DNA of 64,000 nucleotides from Escherichia coli (GTDB lineage Bacteria; Pseudomonadota; Gammaproteobacteria; Enterobacterales; Enterobacteriaceae): NCBI RefSeq assembly GCF_001677475.2, contig NZ_CP015229.1; one strand, 5' to 3'. Shown piece by piece: positions 54,690 to 64,000 of this stretch (position 1 is its first letter; each line of letters starts with the position of its first letter). The notes under the pieces were generated by a model. It saw only the letters and a program-made list of their open reading frames with translations, ran no database searches and was not told where the DNA came from. The position numbers and the translations under genes were made by a program.

Positions 54690-57491
54690 ATGCAGAACAG
54701 CGCTTTGAAAGCCTGGTTGGACTCTTCTTACCTCTCTGGCGCAAACCAGAGCTGGATAGAACAGCTCTATGAAGACTTCTTAACCGATCCTGACTCGGTT
54801 GACGCTAACTGGCGTTCGACGTTCCAGCAGTTACCTGGTACGGGAGTCAAACCGGATCAATTCCACTCTCAAACGCGTGAATATTTCCGCCGCCTGGCGA
54901 AAGACGCTTCACGTTACTCTTCAACGATCTCCGACCCTGACACCAATGTGAAGCAGGTTAAAGTCCTGCAGCTCATTAACGCATACCGCTTCCGTGGTCA
55001 CCAGCATGCGAATCTCGATCCGCTGGGACTGTGGCAGCAAGATAAAGTGGCCGATCTGGATCCGTCTTTCCACGATCTGACCGAAGCAGACTTCCAGGAG
55101 ACCTTCAACGTCGGTTCATTTGCCAGCGGCAAAGAAACCATGAAACTCGGCGAACTGCTGGAAGCACTCAAGCAAACCTACTGCGGCCCGATTGGTGCCG
55201 AGTATATGCATATTACCAGCACCGAAGAAAAACGCTGGATCCAACAGCGTATCGAGTCTGGTCGAGCGACTTTCAATAGCGAAGAGAAAAAACGCTTCTT
55301 AAGCGAACTGACCGCCGCTGAAGGCCTTGAACGTTACCTCGGTGCAAAATTCCCTGGTGCAAAACGCTTCTCGCTGGAAGGCGGTGACGCGTTAATCCCG
55401 ATGCTTAAAGAGATGATCCGCCACGCTGGCAACAGCGGCACCCGCGAAGTGGTTCTCGGGATGGCGCACCGTGGTCGTCTGAACGTGCTGGTGAACGTGC
55501 TGGGTAAAAAACCGCAAGACTTGTTCGACGAGTTTGCCGGTAAACATAAAGAACACCTCGGCACGGGTGACGTGAAATACCACATGGGCTTCTCGTCTGA
55601 CTTCCAGACCGATGGCGGCCTGGTACACCTGGCGCTGGCGTTTAACCCGTCTCACCTTGAGATTGTCAGCCCGGTAGTTATCGGTTCTGTTCGTGCCCGT
55701 CTGGACAGACTCGATGAGCCGAGCAGCAACAAAGTGCTGCCAATCACCATCCACGGTGACGCCGCAGTGACCGGGCAGGGCGTGGTTCAGGAAACTCTGA
55801 ACATGTCGAAAGCGCGTGGTTATGAAGTTGGCGGTACGGTACGTATCGTTATCAACAACCAGGTTGGCTTCACCACCTCTAATCCGCTGGATGCTCGTTC
55901 TACACCGTACTGTACTGATATCGGTAAGATGGTTCAGGCACCGATTTTCCACGTAAACGCGGATGATCCGGAAGCCGTTGCCTTTGTGACCCGTCTGGCG
56001 CTCGATTTCCGTAACACCTTTAAACGTGATGTCTTCATCGACCTGGTGTGCTACCGCCGTCACGGCCACAACGAAGCCGACGAGCCGAGCGCAACCCAGC
56101 CGCTGATGTATCAGAAAATCAAAAAACATCCGACACCGCGCAAAATCTACGCTGACAAGCTGGAGCAGGAAAAAGTGGCGACGCTGGAAGATGCCACCGA
56201 GATGGTTAACCTGTACCGCGATGCGCTGGATGCTGGCGATTGCGTGGTAGCAGAGTGGCGTCCGATGAACATGCACTCTTTCACCTGGTCGCCGTACCTC
56301 AACCACGAATGGGACGAAGAGTACCCGAACAAAGTTGAGATGAAGCGCCTGCAGGAACTGGCTAAACGCATCAGTACGGTGCCGGAAGCAGTTGAAATGC
56401 AGTCTCGCGTTGCCAAGATTTATGGCGATCGCCAGGCAATGGCAGCCGGTGAGAAACTGTTCGACTGGGGCGGTGCGGAAAACCTCGCTTACGCCACGCT
56501 GGTTGATGAAGGCATTCCGGTTCGCCTGTCGGGTGAAGACTCCGGTCGCGGTACGTTCTTCCACCGCCACGCGGTGATCCACAACCAGTCTAACGGTTCC
56601 ACTTACACGCCGCTGCAACACATCCATAACGGTCAGGGCGCGTTCCGTGTCTGGGACTCCGTACTGTCTGAAGAAGCCGTGCTGGCGTTTGAATACGGTT
56701 ATGCCACCGCAGAACCACGCACCCTGACTATCTGGGAAGCGCAGTTCGGTGACTTCGCTAACGGTGCTCAGGTGGTTATCGACCAGTTCATCTCCTCTGG
56801 CGAACAGAAATGGGGCCGGATGTGTGGTCTGGTGATGTTGCTGCCGCACGGTTACGAAGGGCAGGGGCCGGAGCACTCCTCCGCGCGTCTGGAACGTTAT
56901 CTGCAACTTTGCGCTGAGCAAAACATGCAGGTGTGCGTACCGTCTACCCCGGCACAGGTTTACCACATGCTGCGTCGTCAGGCGCTGCGCGGGATGCGTC
57001 GTCCGCTGGTCGTGATGTCGCCGAAATCCCTGCTGCGTCATCCGCTGGCGGTTTCCAGCCTCGAAGAACTGGCGAACGGCACCTTCCTGCCAGCCATCGG
57101 TGAAATCGACGAGCTTGATCCGAAGGGCGTGAAGCGCGTGGTGATGTGTTCTGGTAAGGTTTATTACGACCTGCTGGAACAACGTCGTAAGAACAATCAA
57201 CACGATGTCGCCATTGTGCGTATCGAGCAACTCTACCCGTTCCCGCATAAAGCGATGCAGGAAGTGTTGCAGCAGTTTGCTCACGTCAAGGATTTTGTCT
57301 GGTGCCAGGAAGAGCCGCTCAATCAGGGCGCATGGTACTGCAGCCAGCATCATTTCCGTGAAGTGATTCCGTTTGGGGCTTCTCTGCGTTATGCAGGCCG
57401 CCCGGCCTCCGCCTCTCCGGCGGTAGGGTATATGTCCGTTCACCAGAAACAGCAACAAGATCTGGTTAATGACGCGCTGAACGTCGAATAA
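54690..57491 (+). CDS. sucA: 2-oxoglutarate dehydrogenase E1 component (933 aa)
   Basis: [51 protein letters not shown]…. Confidence 0.96.
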   Translation: MQNSALKAWLDSSYLSGANQSWIEQLYEDFLTDPDSVDANWRSTFQQLPGTGVKPDQFHSQTREYFRRLAKDASRYSSTISDPDTNVKQVKVLQLINAYRFRGHQHANLDPLGLWQQDKVADLDPSFHDLTEADFQETFNVGSFASGKETMKLGELLEALKQTYCGPIGAEYMHITSTEEKRWIQQRIESGRATFNSEEKKRFLSELTAAEGLERYLGAKFPGAKRFSLEGGDALIPMLKEMIRHAGNSGTREVVLGMAHRGRLNVLVNVLGKKPQDLFDEFAGKHKEHLGTGDVKYHMGFSSDFQTDGGLVHLALAFNPSHLEIVSPVVIGSVRARLDRLDEPSSNKVLPITIHGDAAVTGQGVVQETLNMSKARGYEVGGTVRIVINNQVGFTTSNPLDARSTPYCTDIGKMVQAPIFHVNADDPEAVAFVTRLALDFRNTFKRDVFIDLVCYRRHGHNEADEPSATQPLMYQKIKKHPTPRKIYADKLEQEKVATLEDATEMVNLYRDALDAGDCVVAEWRPMNMHSFTWSPYLNHEWDEEYPNKVEMKRLQELAKRISTVPEAVEMQSRVAKIYGDRQAMAAGEKLFDWGGAENLAYATLVDEGIPVRLSGEDSGRGTFFHRHAVIHNQSNGSTYTPLQHIHNGQGAFRVWDSVLSEEAVLAFEYGYATAEPRTLTIWEAQFGDFANGAQVVIDQFISSGEQKWGRMCGLVMLLPHGYEGQGPEHSSARLERYLQLCAEQNMQVCVPSTPAQVYHMLRRQALRGMRRPLVVMSPKSLLRHPLAVSSLEELANGTFLPAIGEIDELDPKGVKRVVMCSGKVYYDLLEQRRKNNQHDVAIVRIEQLYPFPHKAMQEVLQQFAHVKDFVWCQEEPLNQGAWYCSQHHFREVIPFGASLRYAGRPASASPAVGYMSVHQKQQQDLVNDALNVE

Positions 57492-57505
57492 ATAAAGGAT
57501 ACACA

Positions 57506-58723
57506 ATGAGTAGCGTAGATATTCTGGTCCCTGACCTGCCTGAATCCGTAGCCGATGCCACCGTCGCAACCTGGCATAAAAAACCCGGCGACGCAGTCGT
57601 ACGTGATGAAGTGCTGGTAGAAATCGAAACTGACAAAGTGGTACTGGAAGTACCGGCATCAGCAGACGGCATTCTGGATGCGGTTCTGGAAGATGAAGGT
57701 ACAACGGTAACGTCTCGTCAGATCCTTGGTCGCCTGCGTGAAGGCAACAGCGCGGGTAAAGAAACCAGCGCCAAATCTGAAGAGAAAGCGTCCACTCCGG
57801 CGCAACGCCAGCAGGCGTCTCTGGAAGAGCAAAACAACGATGCGTTAAGCCCGGCGATCCGTCGCCTGCTGGCTGAACACAACCTCGACGCCAGCGCCAT
57901 TAAAGGCACCGGTGTGGGTGGTCGTCTGACTCGTGAAGATGTGGAAAAACATCTGGCGAAAGCCCCGGCGAAAGAGTCTGCTCCGGCAGCGGCTGCTCCG
58001 GCGGCGCAACCGGCTCTGGCTGCACGTAGCGAAAAACGTGTCCCGATGACTCGCCTGCGTAAGCGTGTGGCAGAGCGTCTGCTTGAAGCGAAAAACTCCA
58101 CCGCTATGCTGACCACGTTCAACGAAGTCAACATGAAGCCGATTATGGATCTGCGTAAGCAGTACGGTGAAGCGTTTGAAAAACGTCATGGTATTCGTCT
58201 GGGCTTTATGTCCTTCTACGTGAAAGCGGTGGTTGAAGCCCTGAAACGTTACCCGGAAGTGAACGCGTCTATCGACGGCGATGATGTGGTTTACCACAAC
58301 TATTTCGACGTCAGCATGGCGGTTTCTACGCCGCGCGGCCTGGTGACGCCGGTACTGCGTGATGTCGATACCCTAGGCATGGCAGACATCGAGAAGAAAA
58401 TCAAAGAGCTGGCAGTTAAAGGCCGTGACGGCAAGCTGACGGTTGAAGATCTGACCGGTGGTAACTTCACCATCACCAACGGTGGTGTGTTCGGTTCCCT
58501 GATGTCTACGCCGATCATCAACCCGCCGCAGAGCGCAATTCTGGGTATGCACGCTATCAAAGATCGTCCGATGGCGGTGAATGGTCAGGTTGAGATCCTG
58601 CCGATGATGTACCTGGCGCTGTCCTACGATCACCGTCTGATCGATGGTCGCGAATCCGTGGGCTTCCTGGTAACGATCAAAGAGTTGCTGGAAGATCCGA
58701 CTCGTCTGCTGCTGGACGTGTAG
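57506..58723 (+). CDS. sucB: dihydrolipoyllysine-residue succinyltransferase E2 (405 aa)
   Basis: [54 protein letters not shown]…; lipoyl domain and catalytic DHRLIDG. Confidence 0.96.
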
Positions 58724-58816
58724 TAGTTTAAGCTTCACCTGCACTGTAGACCGACGTGGATAGGGTGTCGGTCTACGGTTTAAAAGATAACGATTACTGA
58801 AGGATGGACAGAACAC

Positions 58817-59983
58817 ATGAACTTACATGAATATCAGGCAAAACAACTTTTTGCCCGCTATGGCTTACCAGCACCGGTGGGTTATGCCTGTACTACTCCG
58901 CGCGAAGCAGAAGAAGCCGCTTCAAAAATCGGTGCCGGTCCGTGGGTAGTGAAATGTCAGGTTCACGCTGGTGGCCGCGGTAAAGCGGGCGGTGTGAAAG
59001 TTGTAAACAGCAAAGAAGACATCCGTGCTTTTGCAGAAAACTGGCTGGGCAAGCGTCTGGTAACGTATCAAACAGATGCCAATGGCCAACCGGTTAACCA
59101 GATTCTGGTTGAAGCAGCGACCGATATCGCTAAAGAGCTGTATCTCGGTGCCGTTGTTGACCGTAGTTCCCGTCGCGTGGTCTTTATGGCCTCCACCGAA
59201 GGCGGCGTGGAAATCGAAAAAGTGGCGGAAGAAACTCCGCACCTGATCCACAAAGTTGCGCTTGATCCGCTGACTGGCCCGATGCCGTATCAGGGACGCG
59301 AGCTGGCGTTCAAACTGGGTCTGGAAGGTAAACTGGTTCAGCAGTTCACCAAAATCTTCATGGGCCTGGCGACAATTTTCCTGGAGCGCGACCTGGCGCT
59401 GATCGAAATCAACCCGCTGGTCATTACCAAACAGGGCGATCTGATTTGCCTCGACGGCAAACTGGGCGCTGATGGCAACGCACTGTTCCGCCAGCCTGAT
59501 CTGCGCGAAATGCGTGACCAGTCGCAGGAAGATCCACGTGAAGCACAGGCTGCACAGTGGGAACTGAACTACGTTGCGCTGGACGGTAACATCGGTTGTA
59601 TGGTTAACGGCGCAGGTCTGGCGATGGGTACGATGGACATCGTTAAACTGCACGGCGGCGAACCAGCTAACTTCCTTGACGTTGGCGGCGGCGCAACCAA
59701 AGAACGTGTAACCGAAGCGTTCAAAATCATCCTCTCTGACGACAAAGTGAAAGCCGTTCTGGTTAACATCTTCGGCGGTATCGTTCGTTGCGACCTGATC
59801 GCTGACGGTATCATCGGCGCGGTAGCGGAAGTGGGTGTTAACGTACCGGTCGTGGTACGTCTGGAAGGTAACAACGCCGAACTCGGCGCGAAGAAACTGG
59901 CTGACAGCGGCCTGAATATTATTGCAGCAAAAGGTCTGACGGATGCAGCTCAGCAGGTTGTTGCCGCAGTGGAGGGGAAATAA
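58817..59983 (+). CDS. sucC: succinyl-CoA synthetase beta subunit (388 aa)
   Basis: [64 protein letters not shown]…. Confidence 0.96.
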
Positions 59984-60852
59984 TGTCCATTTTAATTGAT
60001 AAAAACACCAAGGTTATCTGCCAGGGCTTTACCGGTAGCCAGGGGACTTTCCACTCAGAACAGGCCATTGCATACGGCACTAAAATGGTTGGCGGCGTAA
60101 CTCCAGGTAAAGGCGGCACCACCCACCTCGGCCTACCGGTGTTCAACACCGTGCGTGAAGCTGTTGCTGCTACTGGCGCTACCGCTTCTGTTATCTACGT
60201 ACCAGCACCGTTCTGCAAAGACTCCATTCTGGAAGCTATTGATGCAGGCATCAAACTGATTATCACCATCACTGAAGGCATCCCGACGCTGGATATGCTG
60301 ACCGTGAAGGTGAAACTGGATGAAGCGGGCGTTCGCATGATCGGCCCGAACTGCCCAGGCGTTATCACTCCGGGTGAATGCAAAATCGGTATCCAGCCTG
60401 GTCACATTCACAAACCGGGTAAAGTGGGTATCGTTTCCCGTTCCGGTACACTGACCTATGAAGCGGTGAAACAGACCACGGATTACGGTTTCGGTCAGTC
60501 GACCTGTGTTGGTATCGGCGGCGACCCGATCCCTGGCTCTAACTTTATCGACATTCTCGAAATGTTCGAAAAAGATCCGCAGACCGAAGCGATCGTGATG
60601 ATCGGTGAGATCGGCGGTAGCGCTGAAGAAGAAGCGGCTGCGTACATCAAAGAGCACGTTACCAAGCCAGTTGTAGGTTACATCGCTGGTGTGACTGCGC
60701 CGAAAGGCAAACGTATGGGCCACGCGGGTGCGATCATTGCCGGTGGGAAAGGGACTGCGGATGAGAAATTCGCTGCTCTGGAAGCCGCAGGCGTGAAAAC
60801 TGTTCGCAGCCTGGCGGATATCGGTGAAGCACTGAAAACTGTTCTGAAATAA
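59983..60852 (+). CDS. sucD: succinyl-CoA synthetase alpha subunit (289 aa)
   Basis: [63 protein letters not shown]…; start overlaps the sucC stop. Confidence 0.96.
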
Positions 60853-60951
60853 ATATCTGTAATAAGAAATAGCCCTCGCCGCTTCCCTCTACAGGAATGG
60901 CGAAGGGCTGTCGGTTTCGACATGGTTGGCCATCGTATGATGGCCTTTTTT
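60853..60951 (+). ncRNA. sdhX: sucD 3'UTR-derived small RNA (SdhX/RybD-like) ending in an intrinsic terminator at 60928..60951
   Basis: Structured 3'UTR (GCCCTCGCC…GGCGAAGGGC) then GGCCATCGTATGATGGCC hairpin and T-run directly after the sucD stop; assignment by position and established knowledge, exact 5' end not determined. Confidence 0.5.
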
Positions 60952-62347
60952 ATGCCTTAAACGTTAACCACGGTCGAAATCTGACCGCTGGCTGAATTAA
61001 TCCGGCTTCTTGTTGAGCTTCGATAACCGGACCAATATCTTTATAAGCCGCTGGCGCTTCTTCAAGACGTCGTTCTTCGCGCAATGTGACGCATTGCCAC
61101 GGCAGCGTTGACTCTTCAGTCACGCGTGAGCGCATGGCCTGCCGACGCTGGCTGCGTCCTGCTCCGTGACTGCATGACCACAGCCACTCCGGGTTGCCGC
61201 AACCTACCGCAAGCCACGAATAATCGCCCATTGAACCAGGGATTAATGCCAGATCACCCACTCGTGCCGGTGTTGCGCCTTTGCGATGAATATTCATTTC
61301 ATGCTCGCGAAGGATGATGTTATGTGGCACATCCACCACCAGATGCGAATTGTCCTGATGAAAGAGATCGGCAAAACATACGCGCACCATTTCGGCAATT
61401 GTGACGCGATTTAACCATGCGTAACGCGCCGCCATCCCCATCGCTTGTAGATATTCCTCCGCCAGTCCACCGGTTAGACCATATAACTCGCTTTGTGGAT
61501 GTTTATGCCCGGCAGGCCAGGCGGCACGGGCGCGATCCATCCAGCGTCTTCCGACGTAAAAGCCAACATCTCGCGATCCACTGTGGATCATCACCACAAT
61601 ATCGCCTGTTTTCAGCCCTTGTTGCCAGGCTACATGGCGATCAACCACGCTATCAACGACCTGAAGTTCAATAAAATGATTACCTGAACCCGGCGTACCC
61701 AGACAAGGATCGCGGAGTAATGCGCGGTCCGTTGCCAGCAGGGCGGGTGGGGCATAACGCGAATGACTGTTATGCTCGTTAAGCCCAATGCAGCGGTCAA
61801 TCTCTTGTACCATTCGGGGGATATTCGTGCGTGTCCAGAGACCTGCTGATGGCAAGGTCGACACGCAATCTGCCGGTCCGTCATCAAAAAGCGCGGTGAA
61901 CGCCTGTGCGGATAACGGAACATCGCGCTCATTTTGCAGTAGCACTTGCGTTAACCGCTGAGCGATGACGTCTTTATGCGCTTCGGCTTGCTCAAGTGTT
62001 AATCCGGTCGTCAGCAGCCGCATGCCACAAGAAATATCGGTGCCGATGGCGGCAGGAATGACTAAATCCGGCGTTGAGGCCACCACCGCGCCAACGGGGA
62101 CGCCATTGCCGGGATGAAAATCTGGCGTCGCGCACGTCTGGCGCACATAACCTGGGTGGTCTGGTAGCTTCACTTCTGCAAAATCAAGCAGTTGTGTTAC
62201 TGCTTTTTCTTCCAGCGGCAGTTCGTCCGGCAGCAGTACGCGGGCACTGGCACCTGATGGACGAGATAATGAAACAATATTGTTGGCGCGGGAAAGTTGG
62301 ATCCCTTTGCGCAGAAAGGCTTTATCAAGCCTTGAAAGATGATGCAT
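60950..62347 (-). CDS. RtcB-family RNA ligase paralog (465 aa) with an about 60-aa N-terminal extension
   Basis: Conserved RtcB blocks PDFHPGNG, AIGTDISCGMR, GSGNHFIE, HSGSRDVG, IPGSMG, CSHGAGR, AYKDI align with my recollection of E. coli RtcB; AGGA RBS before the ATG; stop codon overlaps the sucD terminator T-run. Confidence 0.8.
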   Translation of the reverse strand: MHHLSRLDKAFLRKGIQLSRANNIVSLSRPSGASARVLLPDELPLEEKAVTQLLDFAEVKLPDHPGYVRQTCATPDFHPGNGVPVGAVVASTPDLVIPAAIGTDISCGMRLLTTGLTLEQAEAHKDVIAQRLTQVLLQNERDVPLSAQAFTALFDDGPADCVSTLPSAGLWTRTNIPRMVQEIDRCIGLNEHNSHSRYAPPALLATDRALLRDPCLGTPGSGNHFIELQVVDSVVDRHVAWQQGLKTGDIVVMIHSGSRDVGFYVGRRWMDRARAAWPAGHKHPQSELYGLTGGLAEEYLQAMGMAARYAWLNRVTIAEMVRVCFADLFHQDNSHLVVDVPHNIILREHEMNIHRKGATPARVGDLALIPGSMGDYSWLAVGCGNPEWLWSCSHGAGRSQRRQAMRSRVTEESTLPWQCVTLREERRLEEAPAAYKDIGPVIEAQQEAGLIQPAVRFRPWLTFKA

Positions 62348-62597
62348 AACGCTGTCCTGAAATATAGACGTTAAACAACCCCCTGTATTGCGAGGGTAAT
62401 TTTGTCTTTCCGGTCAGCAGCCAGCAAAAGGGAAAGAAAACGCGCGTAGTGTATGTGGCGATAGCAAGTTTTACAAGTGGTAAATCTGGCTTATTGTTAA
62501 AGAGAAATTATCTTTAGCGAAGCCTTTTAAGGCCATGACTCATTCAATTTAACCGGACACAGAGATTATATAACATAGGGTATCTAAATTTATCATT

Positions 62598-62722
62598 GTA
62601 TACTTGTCATACTTCAAGTTGCATGTACTGCATCGATGTTCGCTCAGCCTGGCCACTTACTTATGTAAGCTTCTGGGAATTCATTATTTGTTGCCTTCCT
62701 GCAACTCGAGTTATTTAGAGTA
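62598..62722. repeat. ERIC (IRU) element, about 125 bp
   Basis: Reverse strand contains GTGAATTCCCAGAAGCTTACATAAGTAAGTGGCCAGGCTGAGCG, close to the ERIC consensus as I recall it; imperfect palindrome; arms match the short copy at 6228..6290. Confidence 0.75.
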
Positions 62723-62938
62723 TATTTACACATATGAATAATATACTTACAATAATGTTTTTAAAGTATTGCATGCGGATAACTGAGGTGAAATTCCTGT
62801 TTTAGGATTATTGTCACTTTATTTTCCTGGTTGGACATATAGCTGACTGGTTTGTTTATTTGAATTATGATATTCATTAGTGCTACTGTTTTTTTATAAA
62901 ATAATTTTTTGAATTGTTATTTTTTCACGGAAGGCATT

Positions 62939-63844
62939 ATGCGAGGGAAAATACCTAAAACGGAACTGCTGGTGACTTTTGAGGTCGTCGCACGTCATGA
63001 AAGTTATACCAGAGCGGCAGAGGAGTTAGCGTTAACCCAAAGTGCAGTATTCAGACAAGTGAGTGCGCTGGAGGAATTTTTACATACTCCGTTATTTTCA
63101 CACTCTAAAAAACGTATTTTTCTTAATGATGCAGGGAAGTATTACCTGGGGATAGTAAAAGAAACATTAAATAAGCTGGAACGCGATACCAATACCATTA
63201 TGACCTGGCAACCTACAGTTAAGGTTATTGAACTTGCCGTGAATCCTACGTTTAGTACCCACTGGTTAATCCCAAATTTACATGAATTCACAAAGTTACA
63301 TCCCGATATTATTGTTAATATTCACTCTTTAGCTAATAACGGCGATTTTCTTAATCGGGAGTACGATGCTGTCATTATGCGCGAAAATTTTTGCGCGCCC
63401 TGGGCGGAAGTAGAATATCTCTTTGAAGAAGAGATTTTGCCGGTATGCAGCGGCAGTTTGCTTGCAATGTCCGATCAAAAACTGTCAGTGGCAGAACTGC
63501 TTACAGAGTTACCACTTCTGCATCAAAGTACCCGTATTACTGGCTGGGAAGAGTGGTTTGCTTTATCTGGCGTTAGCAGTCCGCTGGTCAATAACGGACC
63601 ACGTTTCGATTTGCTTTCAATGCTGATTGCCGCCGTGCGCTCTAATCTCGGCGTGGCGCTGTTACCACGGTTCGCTATTCAACATGATTTGGATAGTGGC
63701 GATATGGTGATTCCCTGTGATGTGCCTATTCGTACCGGTAATCGTTTTATTATGACGTGGCAGGAAGAGAAGTCTGACTCGCCGCACTTGCAGCAATTTC
63801 GTGAATGGTTGCTGGCGAAATCGGTCGTACCGCAGGAGATGTAA
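62939..63844 (+). CDS. LysR-family transcriptional regulator (301 aa from ATG 62939)
   Basis: ORF 62909..63844; ATG at 62939 preceded by GGAAGG; N-terminal helix-turn-helix (…FEVVARHESYTRAAEELALTQSAVFRQVSALEEFL…) plus substrate-binding domain; divergent from the RtcB-like gene. Confidence 0.85.
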   Translation: MRGKIPKTELLVTFEVVARHESYTRAAEELALTQSAVFRQVSALEEFLHTPLFSHSKKRIFLNDAGKYYLGIVKETLNKLERDTNTIMTWQPTVKVIELAVNPTFSTHWLIPNLHEFTKLHPDIIVNIHSLANNGDFLNREYDAVIMRENFCAPWAEVEYLFEEEILPVCSGSLLAMSDQKLSVAELLTELPLLHQSTRITGWEEWFALSGVSSPLVNNGPRFDLLSMLIAAVRSNLGVALLPRFAIQHDLDSGDMVIPCDVPIRTGNRFIMTWQEEKSDSPHLQQFREWLLAKSVVPQEM

Positions 63845-63847
63845 AAC

Positions 63848-63880
63848 CTGCGCCTGGCGGGATGCCAGGCGCAGTTATTA
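63848..63880. terminator. bidirectional terminator hairpin after the LysR gene
   Basis: CTGCGCCTGGCgggatGCCAGGCGCAG, 11-bp stem, lying between two convergent stop codons. Confidence 0.55.
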
Positions 63881-64000
63881 CCAGTCGATACCCGGCTGGG
63901 CCTGAATGCCGCTATCAAAAGCATGTTTGACGGGGCGGATTTCGCTGACCGTATCCGCCATTTTTAATATCTGACTGTGGCAACCGCGTCCGGTGACAAT
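63878..64000 (-). CDS. 3' end of an unidentified convergent gene (continues beyond window end)
   Basis: Reverse strand open frame ends …IVTGRGCHSQILKMADTVSEIRPVKHAFDSGIQAQPGIDW-stop next to the terminator; only 40 codons visible. Confidence 0.35.
   Translation of the reverse strand: MVTGRGCHSQILKMADTVSEIRPVKHAFDSGIQAQPGIDW

Noticed and set aside
55392-57704. 770-aa ORF antisense to sucA
   Set aside because: Shadow ORF inside sucA; low-complexity Arg/His-rich translation
58922-59653. 243-aa ORF antisense to sucC
   Set aside because: Shadow ORF inside sucC

Overview
The window reads as an Escherichia coli-type chromosomal segment: ybfF(5' end)-seqA-pgm, potE-speF with its speFL leader ORF, kdpFABC-kdpDE, ybfA, then ybgA-phr, dtpD, ybgI-pxpBCA-nei-abrB, the ybgOPQD fimbrial operon, gltA, and sdhCDAB-sucABCD. 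All identifications are by reading the translated ORFs and the DNA by eye; no database search was run, and hand-derived coordinates for small elements may be off by 1-2 bp. Three places depart from the K-12 layout as I recall it. (1) Between ybfA and ybgA (about 15.8-33.6 kb) there is a large Rhs polymorphic-toxin island. It holds a 1560-aa Rhs protein with a prePAAR motif, hydrophobic segments and PAAR-like motifs at its N-terminus and a C-terminal toxin with an overlapping AT-rich immunity gene. Four orphan toxin/immunity cassettes follow; each ends in a near-identical hairpin terminator and a convergently oriented SymE-family (type I toxin-like) gene. One orphan toxin is split by an H-repeat (ISAs1-like) element with a 10-bp target duplication. 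The island also carries a GC-rich insert with a frameshifted tyrosine recombinase and a replication-protein-like ORF, a second internally deleted H-repeat copy, and an IS256-family transposase fragment. (2) An IS150-like IS3-family element sits between phr and dtpD. (3) Downstream of sucD, in place of the mngR-mngAB genes I expect in K-12, lies a 465-aa RtcB-family RNA ligase paralog and a divergent LysR-type regulator separated by an ERIC element. The most interesting candidate is the cassette array in which every Rhs toxin/immunity module is coupled to a SymE-like gene, together with the recombinase remnant, because this suggests a cassette-shuffling or stabilising architecture that I do not recognise from the canonical Rhs descriptions. 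pxpC and the recombinase each carry an apparent frameshift, which may be real pseudogenisation or sequence error. No rRNA, tRNA or CRISPR array was seen.
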